Assembly: GCA_963674755.2 (NCBI GenBank)
Contig: CAXXVS010000002.1
Coordinates: 864,001-928,000 of the forward strand
Source: Desulfobacterales bacterium
Lineage (GTDB): Bacteria > Desulfobacterota > Desulfobacteria > Desulfobacterales > UBA5852
DNA length: 64,000 bases
Reading direction: 5' to 3'
Shown here: positions 1-9,098 of the stretch, one piece after another
How positions within the stretch are numbered: position 1 is the stretch's first letter
How the letters are laid out: each line of letters begins with the position of its first letter
Notes under the pieces: generated by a model
What the model was told of the DNA's origin: nothing
Databases searched by the model: none
What the model saw: only the letters and a program-made list of their open reading frames with translations
Position numbers and translations under genes: made by a program

Positions 1-716
1 CACTGCCGGAAGTGAATCGGGTCATCGTTCCGGTGGGCGGCGGAGGCCTGATCGCCGGAATGGCGGTGGCCCTGCGGGCCCTGAAGCCCGATGTCACAAT
101 TACGGGCGTCCAGGCCGAGGTTTGTCCGTCCGCCGCGGCAGCCCTGCGGAAAGGTGCGGTGGTCTCGGTGCCGGGGGGCATATCGATTGCGGACGGCATT
201 GCGGTGCGGCAGACGGGAAAGGCCACTTTTGCGATTATTCACGATCAGGTGGACGAAATTGCGGTGGTCAGGGAAGAGGATATCGCCGCCGCCATTCTGC
301 TGCTGATGGAGCGCAAAAAAATTGTCGCCGAAGGCGCCGGGGCAGTGGCCCTGGCCGCCTTAATGGGCAGCGTCGTGAACATTCAGCCGGGCCAGAAAAC
401 CGTCCTGCTGATCAGCGGCGGCAATCTGGACAGCCCGTTGCTGGGACGCATCATCCGCAAGGGGTTGATTCAGAGCGGGCGCATCATGCGCATCAATGTC
501 ATGCTGGAGGACATTCCCGGCGCATTGGCCGGCCTGCTGAACCTTATTGCCGACAACAATGCCAATGTGCTCCACATCCACCACGATCGATCCCGTCGGG
601 ATTTTCCCGTCAACGTAACCGCCGTCGAACTTGAGCTGGAGACCCGGGGTGAAGACCACATCGCCACCATAAAGCAGGCCCTGGACCAAGCCGGATACTC
701 CCTGGTATTTTGCTGA
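1..716 (+). CDS. ilvA: Threonine ammonia-lyase with C-terminal ACT domain (5' truncated by window edge)
   Basis: PVGGGGLIAG, SIADGIAV, VAEGAGA and ISGGNLD motifs of fold-type II dehydratases; C-terminal ACT domain (EDIPGALAGLL...LETRG). Confidence 0.85.
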   Translation, partial: LPEVNRVIVPVGGGGLIAGMAVALRALKPDVTITGVQAEVCPSAAAALRKGAVVSVPGGISIADGIAVRQTGKATFAIIHDQVDEIAVVREEDIAAAILLLMERKKIVAEGAGAVALAALMGSVVNIQPGQKTVLLISGGNLDSPLLGRIIRKGLIQSGRIMRINVMLEDIPGALAGLLNLIADNNANVLHIHHDRSRRDFPVNVTAVELELETRGEDHIATIKQALDQAGYSLVFC

Positions 717-745
717 ACCATCGGGTGCCAACCCGGGCACCTGTT

Positions 746-1984
746 CTATAAATTCCAGGCCAGTGAGAGTTGGTTTTTATTCACCGCCAGATTGAGGGTG
801 TCCGACACCAGCTCATGGTGGCGGTCTTCAAAGGGCAGATAGACCAACAGACCCTTGCGGGCGTTGATGCCGATGTGGGGGAGCATTTCAGCCATGCGCT
901 CCAGGGGTCTGATGAGCCCGGCCAGGCAGGTGCGCAGGGTTTCCACGGCGTCATTGACCGGAAGATTGATCCCAAGGCAGTTATTTTCCGGAAAGCGGTG
1001 TTCCAGGTGCCCGGGCGGCAGGGCGGTCGACAACACCTGCATCAGCCGCAGGAAGACGCGCGGACGGACTTTGAAGGCCGGGATCCAGAACCTGAAGGGA
1101 AGCGTCTCCCAGGCATCTTGAGGCGCCTTGGGCAGGTTGGCCAGGCGCACCAGATCGGCATAGGAGTTTAGTGGCAGCCCCTTGACATCCGCCTTGATAC
1201 GCCAGAAGGGCAGATAGTGCGGATCGGGAAAATTCGCCGGGGCGTAAGCGCAGGGAACGCTGGTGAATCCTGATCCGGCCGGTTGCCAGAGGGAACGGCA
1301 GTTTGCGCATGCCAGGACATGGGCATTACGGGCCCCCGTCAGATCCCATCCACAATTGGGACAGAGGGTCGCAATGAATTGAAGGCGCGTGCGAGCCGCC
1401 CCTCCCGGGAAATCCTCCGGCTGCCAGGGAAAGGGGACTTCATTGGCCAGGGGCCGGTTGAGAACGGCGTCCACCAATCCGTTGCCCAGATAGTAAGGGG
1501 CATAGATCATGCTGACCGTCTCCCCGATATGGGCCTGATGGAGAAGAGGTTGCGCCATGCCGCGGTTGAATCGCCGGCTGAAGATGGCCATGACATCCCC
1601 CAGTTCGGTCTGGGGGGTCACAAAATACCCTGGCGTCTGGCCGGTGACCAATCCCAGCGTCAGGGCCTGGCTGCGAAGGCCCAGCGAGACCGGAAAGCGG
1701 GGAGACAGGCAGGCCTGATGACTCGTGTCGATGAATTGGGCTTGGGGACCTTCAGGGAGGCAGGCGAACCGCATGCCTTTGAAGCGCCAGTAAGGGAAGT
1801 AGATCAATTCCTTCCCCTCCGGTGCCTTGTGGGGTAAGTGGTATTGGGAAACCCCGCGGGCTACAATATAAGATTTGACGCGGCAGTACGCGCAGGAAAA
1901 CAGACGGTCGGATTCCAGAAGGGTGGCCGGTGCACCGCATTGGGGGCACTGACACTGGATTTGAAGATCAGAGTTTTTCACCAC
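746..1984 (-). CDS. Conserved hypothetical protein with two Zn-ribbon modules
   Basis: 412-aa ORF with CPQC..CAYC near the N-terminus and internal CPNC..CANC; overlaps the upstream SPFH gene by 17 nt. Confidence 0.75.
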   Translation of the reverse strand: MVKNSDLQIQCQCPQCGAPATLLESDRLFSCAYCRVKSYIVARGVSQYHLPHKAPEGKELIYFPYWRFKGMRFACLPEGPQAQFIDTSHQACLSPRFPVSLGLRSQALTLGLVTGQTPGYFVTPQTELGDVMAIFSRRFNRGMAQPLLHQAHIGETVSMIYAPYYLGNGLVDAVLNRPLANEVPFPWQPEDFPGGAARTRLQFIATLCPNCGWDLTGARNAHVLACANCRSLWQPAGSGFTSVPCAYAPANFPDPHYLPFWRIKADVKGLPLNSYADLVRLANLPKAPQDAWETLPFRFWIPAFKVRPRVFLRLMQVLSTALPPGHLEHRFPENNCLGINLPVNDAVETLRTCLAGLIRPLERMAEMLPHIGINARKGLLVYLPFEDRHHELVSDTLNLAVNKNQLSLAWNL

Positions 1985-3107
1985 AGGCGTTGCAATAGAC
2001 CGCGTCCGTCAGGTTTTCGTTGCCGCACTGGCCGCAGACCCGTTTGGCAGGGGCCTGATCGGCCGGATGGCCGCAGCGGGAGCAGAAACGCGCGTTGGGG
2101 GCCAGGTTTTTACCGCAGGCCGCACACTGATGAAATACGAGCTGCTGGTGGCCGCAATAGGGACAGAAACGGGCATTGAGCGGAATGTGTTGTCGGCATT
2201 CAGGGCATTGGGCCTCGGGATCATCGGCCGCCGGCCGCTTTTGAGGGTCGGCGTCAGTAAAATAGCGCGCCAGCATGGCCGGCATCATCAGGCCGATGCC
2301 GGCCCCCATCCCGGCCCCGGTCATATCTCCGCTGCCCTCAGTCGCTTTTTCCACGGCCATGGCCGTTTTCATCTGCATGAGTTTGTGCATGTCGTTGATG
2401 GCCCCCATCCGGCTGCGATCGTCGATGGCCTTCTGGACTTCCGCCGGCGGCGTGATGGCATTGATGTAAAGATGGGTAAGCGCCAAACCGAAATGGCTGA
2501 AGTCCTCCTGCATGCGCGTCATCAGGCCTTCCGATAAACGGTCATAATGTGACGGGAGCGCCAGCAGGGAGTCCAGATTTTCGCCCATATAATCATTGAA
2601 GCGGCTGATGATCACCTGGTTGAGGTAGTCTTCGATGGCGTCCGCGGTATAGACGCCTTGGGTACCCACCAGGCGGTTGATCATCAGGACGGGCTGGACG
2701 ACCCGCAGGTTGAACACGCCATAGGCCCGCAAACGAACAAGACCCAGCTCGCTGTCTCTGAAGGCCACCGGATCCCGCGTGCCCCACTTAAGATTCGTGA
2801 ACACCTTCATGTTGACGAAATAAACTTCGGCGCGCAGTGGGCTGGACATGCCCCAGGGCAGGCTGGCGATTTTGGTCAAAATGGGGATGTTGGCGGTTTT
2901 TAGGGTGTGCCGCCCCGGGCCGAAGGCTTCCAGCGCTTTGCCCTTGTAGAAGAAAACGGCGGTCTGGTTTTCCCGCACCGTGAGCTGGGCTCCGTATTTG
3001 ATTTCACCGGAGCCCTCCTGGGGAATGCGCTGGACCAGCTGGGCACCCGTATCATCGAACCACTCCAGGTTTTCCAGAAACACAAGGTTCATTCGATTCA
3101 TGCTCAT
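1968..3107 (-). CDS. SPFH/band-7 domain protein (YdjI-like) with C-terminal Zn ribbons
   Basis: GAQLTVRENQTAVF, GRHTLKTANIPIL and KWGTRDP motifs; Gly-rich GAGMGAGIG segment; three CxxC..CxxC units. Confidence 0.85.
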   Translation of the reverse strand: MSMNRMNLVFLENLEWFDDTGAQLVQRIPQEGSGEIKYGAQLTVRENQTAVFFYKGKALEAFGPGRHTLKTANIPILTKIASLPWGMSSPLRAEVYFVNMKVFTNLKWGTRDPVAFRDSELGLVRLRAYGVFNLRVVQPVLMINRLVGTQGVYTADAIEDYLNQVIISRFNDYMGENLDSLLALPSHYDRLSEGLMTRMQEDFSHFGLALTHLYINAITPPAEVQKAIDDRSRMGAINDMHKLMQMKTAMAVEKATEGSGDMTGAGMGAGIGLMMPAMLARYFTDADPQKRPAADDPEAQCPECRQHIPLNARFCPYCGHQQLVFHQCAACGKNLAPNARFCSRCGHPADQAPAKRVCGQCGNENLTDAVYCNACGEKL

Positions 3108-3392
3108 GAAGGCGCCTCCTCCTCGGGCTGCATGAACTGCGAATTCGGAGATTTCTTCCTAGTATAGAAGCATGGACCGGGATCGATGTCAATCATCCGG
3201 GCACCTGATGATGCCGGTGCTAACCGGCGCAATTGTAGATGAGGCGCCGATATCCAGTTGCCTTTGGAAGCGATATTTGGTAATCCCCAATTCTTTCAAC
3301 CCTTGGCCGGAAAGGCGAATTCAGGTCCTCTCGGGTTGGATTCATGGTGACCAATCCGTCCCCAGCATAGGAAAAACATAGCGAGGCTGACC

Positions 3393-3539
3393 ATGACCAA
3401 ACAGGTCGTTTTCTACGGGGTTAAGCTCCCGTTCATGCTGCTGCTGATGATCTTCGGGTTCATGCTGGAATATGTCGTCGAGCTCCCCTTTGGCCTGATG
3501 ACGCGCCTGGATGCCAGGCCGCGGCGCAAGCCCTGGTGA
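3393..3539 (+). CDS. Putative 48-aa small membrane protein (not in ORF track)
   Basis: GAGG RBS at 3383-3386, ATG 3393, MTKQVVFYGVKLPFMLLLMIFGFMLEYVVELPFGLMTRLDARPRRKPW; hydrophobic core with basic tail. Confidence 0.5.
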   Translation: MTKQVVFYGVKLPFMLLLMIFGFMLEYVVELPFGLMTRLDARPRRKPW

Positions 3540-3549
3540 CCGGCCGGTT

Positions 3550-3578
3550 TTGACTTCACCGGGCTCCTTGGCTATAAC
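3550..3578 (+). promoter_or_regulatory. sigma70-type promoter for the ParM-like gene
   Basis: TTGACT-N17-TATAAC about 45 nt upstream of ATG 3622; GGAGG RBS. Confidence 0.55.
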
Positions 3579-3621
3579 AACACCTGAATAGGGATCCAAC
3601 CCCCAACCCCACGGAGGCGCC

Positions 3622-4680
3622 ATGCAGATCTTGGGCATTGATGTCGGCTTCGGTTTTACCAAAGCCACCGACGGCAAAGAGACGGTCGTCTTCAAGTCCA
3701 TTTACGGCGATGCTACGGAAATCCAGTTCTGGGTGGATTTCCAGGATCGCAGCCTCACCGAGTATTTTCATGTCACCATGGACGGGAAGTCCTATTTTGT
3801 AGGGGATCTTGCCGAACAACAATCCGATGTCGTAAGCTTCACCCTCGATCAGGACCGCATGATCGCCGATTTCGTGCGGCTTTTTGCGCTGACCGTGGCC
3901 GGTCTTTTCCATAAGAATGACGAAGCCGGGGAGGCGCCCCTGCGCATTGTTTCCGGTCTTCCAGTGGGATTTTTCAAACAATACCAGGACCGTTTCAAGG
4001 AAGCCCTCAAGGGCCGGCATACCATTACCTACCACAGCCCCGACGGCAGCCGCATCACCAAGAAATTTGTTGTCGACGCTGTTCAATTGCTGCCCCAGCC
4101 CATGGGCAGCGTGCTCAATCTCCTGATGGACGGCACCGGGCAGATCACCGACACCGAACTGGCCCGTCAGAAGATCGGGGTGGTCGATATCGGCTTTCGC
4201 ACTACGGATTATACGGTGATTGACCGCCTGCGGTATATTGAACGAAGCAGCCGGACCATGGACAGCGGCATCGCCAAAGCCTTCGCCGTGATCGCCAATA
4301 AGCTGCGCGAGAAGAGCGGCGTCAATGTGGAACTCTACCGGCTTTTCGAAGCCGTGCGCAAAGGCACGATCAAGATGCGCGGGCAGGGGTTCAATTTCGC
4401 CAAAATCCGCGACCAGATTTACGCCCAGTTGGCGACGACCATCGCGGGCGACATGGATCGGCTCTGGGCCGGCGACTGGGATATCGATACCATTGTCCTG
4501 ACCGGCGGCGGCTGCCAGGATCTGGCAACCCATCTGCAGCCCTTGATCACCGGCAATATCCGCACGGCCCCGAACCTTCACGATCCACGGTTGTCCAATG
4601 TCGAGGGCTATCTTAAATACGGCCGTTATCTTTGGGCGCCCAGGCAGGCAACAGACGAGGAGACACCTCCGCAAGATTGA
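3622..4680 (+). CDS. ParM/StbA-family actin-like ATPase
   Basis: Actin-fold motifs GIDVGFGFTK, SGLP, PQPMG, VVDIGFRTTD and LTGGG. Confidence 0.85.
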   Translation: MQILGIDVGFGFTKATDGKETVVFKSIYGDATEIQFWVDFQDRSLTEYFHVTMDGKSYFVGDLAEQQSDVVSFTLDQDRMIADFVRLFALTVAGLFHKNDEAGEAPLRIVSGLPVGFFKQYQDRFKEALKGRHTITYHSPDGSRITKKFVVDAVQLLPQPMGSVLNLLMDGTGQITDTELARQKIGVVDIGFRTTDYTVIDRLRYIERSSRTMDSGIAKAFAVIANKLREKSGVNVELYRLFEAVRKGTIKMRGQGFNFAKIRDQIYAQLATTIAGDMDRLWAGDWDIDTIVLTGGGCQDLATHLQPLITGNIRTAPNLHDPRLSNVEGYLKYGRYLWAPRQATDEETPPQD

Positions 4681-4757
4681 GGGGGAGGGGTGGCGCGCCG
4701 TGTGTAAAACCACCGGATCGCAGCGCAACAGCAGCGCTCATCGCGGTGATCGCTTCC

Positions 4758-4961
4758 CTATGGCTGTTTAAAATACCACACGGCTATGGGAAGAAGAATG
4801 GTGGCTAGGACGACCAGGATACCCGGCGGCGTGAGATAGACCGCATACCAGGGCTTGCCGTTGCGCCGCGCCGCGCGAAGTTCGTTCAGAAACCAGTTGC
4901 CCAGCAAGGCGGCTGCGGCCAGGATGGCAACCATTTTAACGAGTTGGATAAGCATGCTCAT
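4758..4961 (-). CDS. Small two-TM membrane protein
   Basis: MSMLIQLVKMVAILAAAALLGNWF...GKPWYAVYLTPPGILVVLATILLPIAVWY; start reassigned downstream of the kinase stop. Confidence 0.6.
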   Translation of the reverse strand: MSMLIQLVKMVAILAAAALLGNWFLNELRAARRNGKPWYAVYLTPPGILVVLATILLPIAVWYFKQP

Positions 4962-4977
4962 CTCAGGCGGCGGAGCA

Positions 4978-6657
4978 TCAGAGCGCCTGCTCCTCGGAAG
5001 TCGGCGGGGGGTTATGATCCGGTGAGCTACTTTCTCCGGCGGCTTGGTGGTCATCCAGAACGCGTCGTATGGATTGGGCCAGGTCTTTTCTAGTCAGAGG
5101 TTTCATCAAACAATCTTTGATACCCAGTTCCGTGAATCGTTCACGGGATACGATGTCGCTGTATCCGGTGAAAAGGATGATCGGCAAATCCGGTCGGATA
5201 CGCATGGCCTCGCGGGCCAGAACCTCGCCCGTCATTTTAGGCATGGTCAAATCACTAATGAGGAGATCGAAGCGATCGGGCTCATTTTTAATGCGTTCGA
5301 TGGCCTCCAGACTGGAGGTGGTCGTTTCGACCTGATAGCCGAGGGTCTTCAGGATTTCCTGTCCGATATCCACCAGCGCCGGTTCGTCATCCACAAAAAG
5401 AATGCGTTCATGCCCGTGATAGGTATCCGGCGTGACGGACTGAGGTCGCTCTTCAGTACGCGCATTCTTGTGTCGTTCCGGGAAATAGATATGGAAGGTG
5501 GTGCCTTCGCCGATCTTGCTTTCCACCGCAATGGCACCTCCATGGCTGCTCACGATACCGTGCACCACCGCCAGTCCGAGTCCGGTCCCTTCGCCCTTTT
5601 CCTTGGAAGTGAAATAGGGGTCGAAAATGCGGTCGATGTACTCGCGGGGGATGCCATGGCCGGTGTCCTGGATGCGCAGCTCGAGGTAGGCCCCGGGCTT
5701 TATGCCACCCAGCTGGGCGGCCCTGCCGTTGTCGATTTCACTCGTTGAAAGGCTGATTTCAAGCTTGCCGCCCTTTTCCCGCATGGCATGATGGGCGTTG
5801 GTGCACATGTTCATCAGGATTTGATGGATCTGAATCGGATCGGCTTCCACCACAGCGCCGTGATTGAGATTGTGGCCGCAGATTTCGATCGTTGACGGGA
5901 GCGAAGCGCGGATAAGTTTGAGAACTTCCTTGACGATCAGGTTGATTTGGACCGGCTGTTTTTCCTGTTCAGTCTGGCGGCTGAAGGATAATATCTGGTT
6001 GATCAAGCCTTTGGCCCGTTGACTGGCCGTGAGAATGTTGTCCAGCGCTTCGGTGGGGGTTTTCCCCTGGGAGAGCTGCAGACCGGCGATTTCGGTATAG
6101 CCGAAGATGGATTGCAGAATGTTATTGAAATCGTGGGCGATACCGCCGGCCAGCGTGCCGATGGCCTCCATTTTCTGGGCCTGGCGAAGTTGTGCTCTGA
6201 GCTTGGCCTTTTCCCGGTCGGATTGAATCCTTTCGGTGATATCGCGGGCAATGGTTAATACGGCGGGTTTGTTGTCGTATTCAATCGCCCGGCAGCTCGT
6301 CTCCACCGGCAGGGTTTTGCCTTCCGAGGATACCAGGGCCGTCTCGAAAATAATGTGACGCAGCCGGCGCAGCTCATCCATGCGTTCCGGCCAGAAAGGC
6401 GCGTGTTCGGGCGATATGATATCCATTGTGGTTTTGTTGAGGAGGTCATGGTGCGAGATGTGCAGCTGCTCGCAGGCCACACGATTGCCATCGATAATCT
6501 GGCCCTTGAAATCCATGACGAATATGGCGTCACCAGCGCTTTCAAACAGCGTTTTATAGCGGTTGGTGGACGCCATCAACGCCTTTACCGTGCACACATC
6601 AAAGGAGAGGCTGCGGAAGTCAGCGTTGTCGCCCTTGCCTGAGCGGCTGTTTTTCAT
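4978..6657 (-). CDS. Hybrid sensor histidine kinase (PAS-HisKA-HATPase-REC)
   Basis: [12 protein letters not shown]-box, [11 protein letters not shown]-box, DTGHG, GTGLGL; REC domain FVDDE..DLTMP..KP; start taken at MKNSR. Confidence 0.9.
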   Translation of the reverse strand: MKNSRSGKGDNADFRSLSFDVCTVKALMASTNRYKTLFESAGDAIFVMDFKGQIIDGNRVACEQLHISHHDLLNKTTMDIISPEHAPFWPERMDELRRLRHIIFETALVSSEGKTLPVETSCRAIEYDNKPAVLTIARDITERIQSDREKAKLRAQLRQAQKMEAIGTLAGGIAHDFNNILQSIFGYTEIAGLQLSQGKTPTEALDNILTASQRAKGLINQILSFSRQTEQEKQPVQINLIVKEVLKLIRASLPSTIEICGHNLNHGAVVEADPIQIHQILMNMCTNAHHAMREKGGKLEISLSTSEIDNGRAAQLGGIKPGAYLELRIQDTGHGIPREYIDRIFDPYFTSKEKGEGTGLGLAVVHGIVSSHGGAIAVESKIGEGTTFHIYFPERHKNARTEERPQSVTPDTYHGHERILFVDDEPALVDIGQEILKTLGYQVETTTSSLEAIERIKNEPDRFDLLISDLTMPKMTGEVLAREAMRIRPDLPIILFTGYSDIVSRERFTELGIKDCLMKPLTRKDLAQSIRRVLDDHQAAGESSSPDHNPPPTSEEQAL

Positions 6658-7155
6658 GATATCACCGCATTTTCCATTGGTCGCCAGCGTGGATTGCCGA
6701 AAACGGGTTGCATGGGATTGGTGCCGCAAGGGCCTTACACAAAACAGGCCGGCAAGCCTTAAAAAGCAGCCTGATTCGTTAAACTTCGCTAAATATTCTA
6801 TCAGGTTGTCGAGCCTGTGTAAATACGGATTTCGGACGCCGGCACAGGCCAATCACTGGCTAGGGGTAAGGCACAATGATCACAGTGGGGGCCGGCATGC
6901 AGGGCCGGCGCGCCACTATTTCAGCAGCGATATAATTGCCGTTCATCCGATGAAGCTCGGATGCGCTCTTTCGCAAAAATAGAGCGGTTTTACGCCATTC
7001 TTGGAAAGTCGGATAAGGCGCTCAGGGCGTACCGGCTGCGCGCCCGGGCCACCCACGCCATTGTTTGTCGGCAATTTTGACCGACAATGAAGGGCAGGCG
7101 TGCTAAAATGGAAGAAGGGCGAAACCGAAGCGATTATGCATTCGCGATAAAATCG

Positions 7156-7232
<77 letters not shown>

Positions 7233-7735
7233 ATGAACGCGACAGCGTGGTTAGCATATGTCATCGATGTTGTCCATAAAATTTGAATTGATGCAGTGGC
7301 ACCGGCGTTCAGGCGTTTAGGATGACGCATGTCATCCCGAACCTCATTCCGATTTCCGCTTCCCAGGTAACAGGCGTTTTTTAAGATCGTCGCTGAAGGG
7401 GCGCGTTCCGAAAAAAAGCGGGTAGGGAACGAACAACGCAAATACAGTCATTTCAATGCGCAAATGGGGTCCTTGTATCTATTGATTGAAATTCGGCTCT
7501 CAACGAAAATGAATTGCTATGCGCGGCATTGAATGGTCTGGGTGGATATTCGGAATAATCCTTTGAGGTTCGATTGCAGGGAAAGGTAAATTATGGTAAG
7601 AAAACAAATTCCGCTTGCCCGATGTGTGAAGGGGAGCTAAAAAGTTACGCTTGTGCGGTAATTTTACCCTCGATCTTCAAGCGGTTATACGAAAACGAAA
7701 ATAACTACCCAACATAATTATGTAAAAAAGTATCG

Positions 7736-7791
7736 GGCCTAGTATAGAAGTCCGTTGCTCTCATCAGCTAAACTACCAGTGTATGAAACGC
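7736..7791 (-). repeat. Degenerate partial copy of tRNA-Arg (anticodon arm to 5' end)
   Basis: TAGAAGTCCGTTGCTCT is identical at 7195-7211 and 7745-7761; similarity continues (CAGCTAAACTAC vs CAGCTGAGCTAC). Confidence 0.7.
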
Positions 7792-7845
7792 ATCCGCGCC
7801 GTTTGCAAATGGCGTTTCGGGCGCACTTGATACGATAAGGGACCC

Positions 7846-8958
7846 ATGGTCAACAAGAAGACAAGCAAGCCCAAAGCAGCAAGCAACGAGGGCACCGCGG
7901 CGAATCGCTCCCACGCAGCCCAAAAGAAGCCCGCGACTGGGAAAAAGAGCGGTTCGGCTGCCAAGAAACCCAAGGCGGCCGAGGGCAAGAAAAAGCTGGC
8001 GGAAAAGCCGGACGTACTTGAACCCGAAGTGATCCCGGTGCCCCCGCTTGGCAAGGAAAAGAAAAAGAAGAGCACCGATTCGGAAAAAGCGCTGGTTAAA
8101 TTCGATCCGTTGCAGCGCTACCTTTCGGAGATCAGTACCTATCGGCTGCTGACCCGGGATGAAGAAAGGGAACTGGGAATCCGCGTGCGCGAGCAGGGCG
8201 ACAAGGAGGCTGCCTACGCCCTGGTGACTTCCAATCTGCGGCTGGTGGTAAAAATTGCGCTCGAGTTTCAACGCGTCTGGATGCAAAACCTGCTGGATTT
8301 GATCCAAGAGGGCAATATCGGTCTGATGCAGGCGGTGCGCAAGTTCGATCCTTATAAAAACGTGAAGTTTTCTTACTACGCTTCCTTCTGGATCAAAGCC
8401 TATATTTTAAAATTTATCATGGACAATTGGCGGCTGGTCAAAATCGGAACGACCCAAGGCCAGCGCAAATTGTTTTTCAAGCTGAAAAAGGAAAAACAAA
8501 AGCTCATCGAGCAGGGATTCGACCCCAAACCGAAACTGCTTTCGGAGCGGTTGGGCGTATCCGAGCGGGAAATCGTCGACATGGATCAACGTCTGGACGG
8601 CTGGGATGTTTCGCTCGACGCCCCCCTGAAGGACGATTCGGATACGGAGCGGATAGAATTTTTAAGCACCGAAGCCGTTTCGGCGGAAGACAAGGTTGCC
8701 AAAAAAGAAATCGAAGTTCTGCTTCACAACAAAATTGACGAATTCCGCAAAAATATGACTGATCGGGAAAAAGAGATCTTTGATTTGCGCATTTTTTCGG
8801 ACACCCCGGTAACCCTGCAGGAAATCGGTGATCGTTACGGTATCAGCCGGGAACGTGTACGGCAGGTCGAAAAGAATATCATCAAGAAAATGCGGGAGTT
8901 TTTCAAGCAGGAAATCCCTGATTTCTCCGCTTACACGGAAGGCCAGACAGCGGACTAG
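7846..8958 (+). CDS. rpoH: RNA polymerase sigma-32 family factor
   Basis: Region 2 motifs SNLRLVVKIA and DLIQEGNIGLMQAVRKFDP; RpoH box TTQGQRKLFFKL; region 4 TLQEIGDRYGISRERVRQVE. Confidence 0.88.
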   Translation: MVNKKTSKPKAASNEGTAANRSHAAQKKPATGKKSGSAAKKPKAAEGKKKLAEKPDVLEPEVIPVPPLGKEKKKKSTDSEKALVKFDPLQRYLSEISTYRLLTRDEERELGIRVREQGDKEAAYALVTSNLRLVVKIALEFQRVWMQNLLDLIQEGNIGLMQAVRKFDPYKNVKFSYYASFWIKAYILKFIMDNWRLVKIGTTQGQRKLFFKLKKEKQKLIEQGFDPKPKLLSERLGVSEREIVDMDQRLDGWDVSLDAPLKDDSDTERIEFLSTEAVSAEDKVAKKEIEVLLHNKIDEFRKNMTDREKEIFDLRIFSDTPVTLQEIGDRYGISRERVRQVEKNIIKKMREFFKQEIPDFSAYTEGQTAD

Positions 8959-9098
8959 CCGAACGGCGGGCTTTTCGTGATCGGCTTCGATCGATAGCGG
9001 CAGATCCGGACCGCCTTCTCACACGGCACATCCTCCACCCGTCATCGCGTTCACCCTCCATTGGCGCGCGCAAGACAGGACATCGGGAAGAAAATCGT

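Noticed and set aside
3622..4680. Integrated plasmid around the ParM-like gene
   Set aside because: No rep, relaxase, integrase, ParR or iterons; flanks look chromosomal
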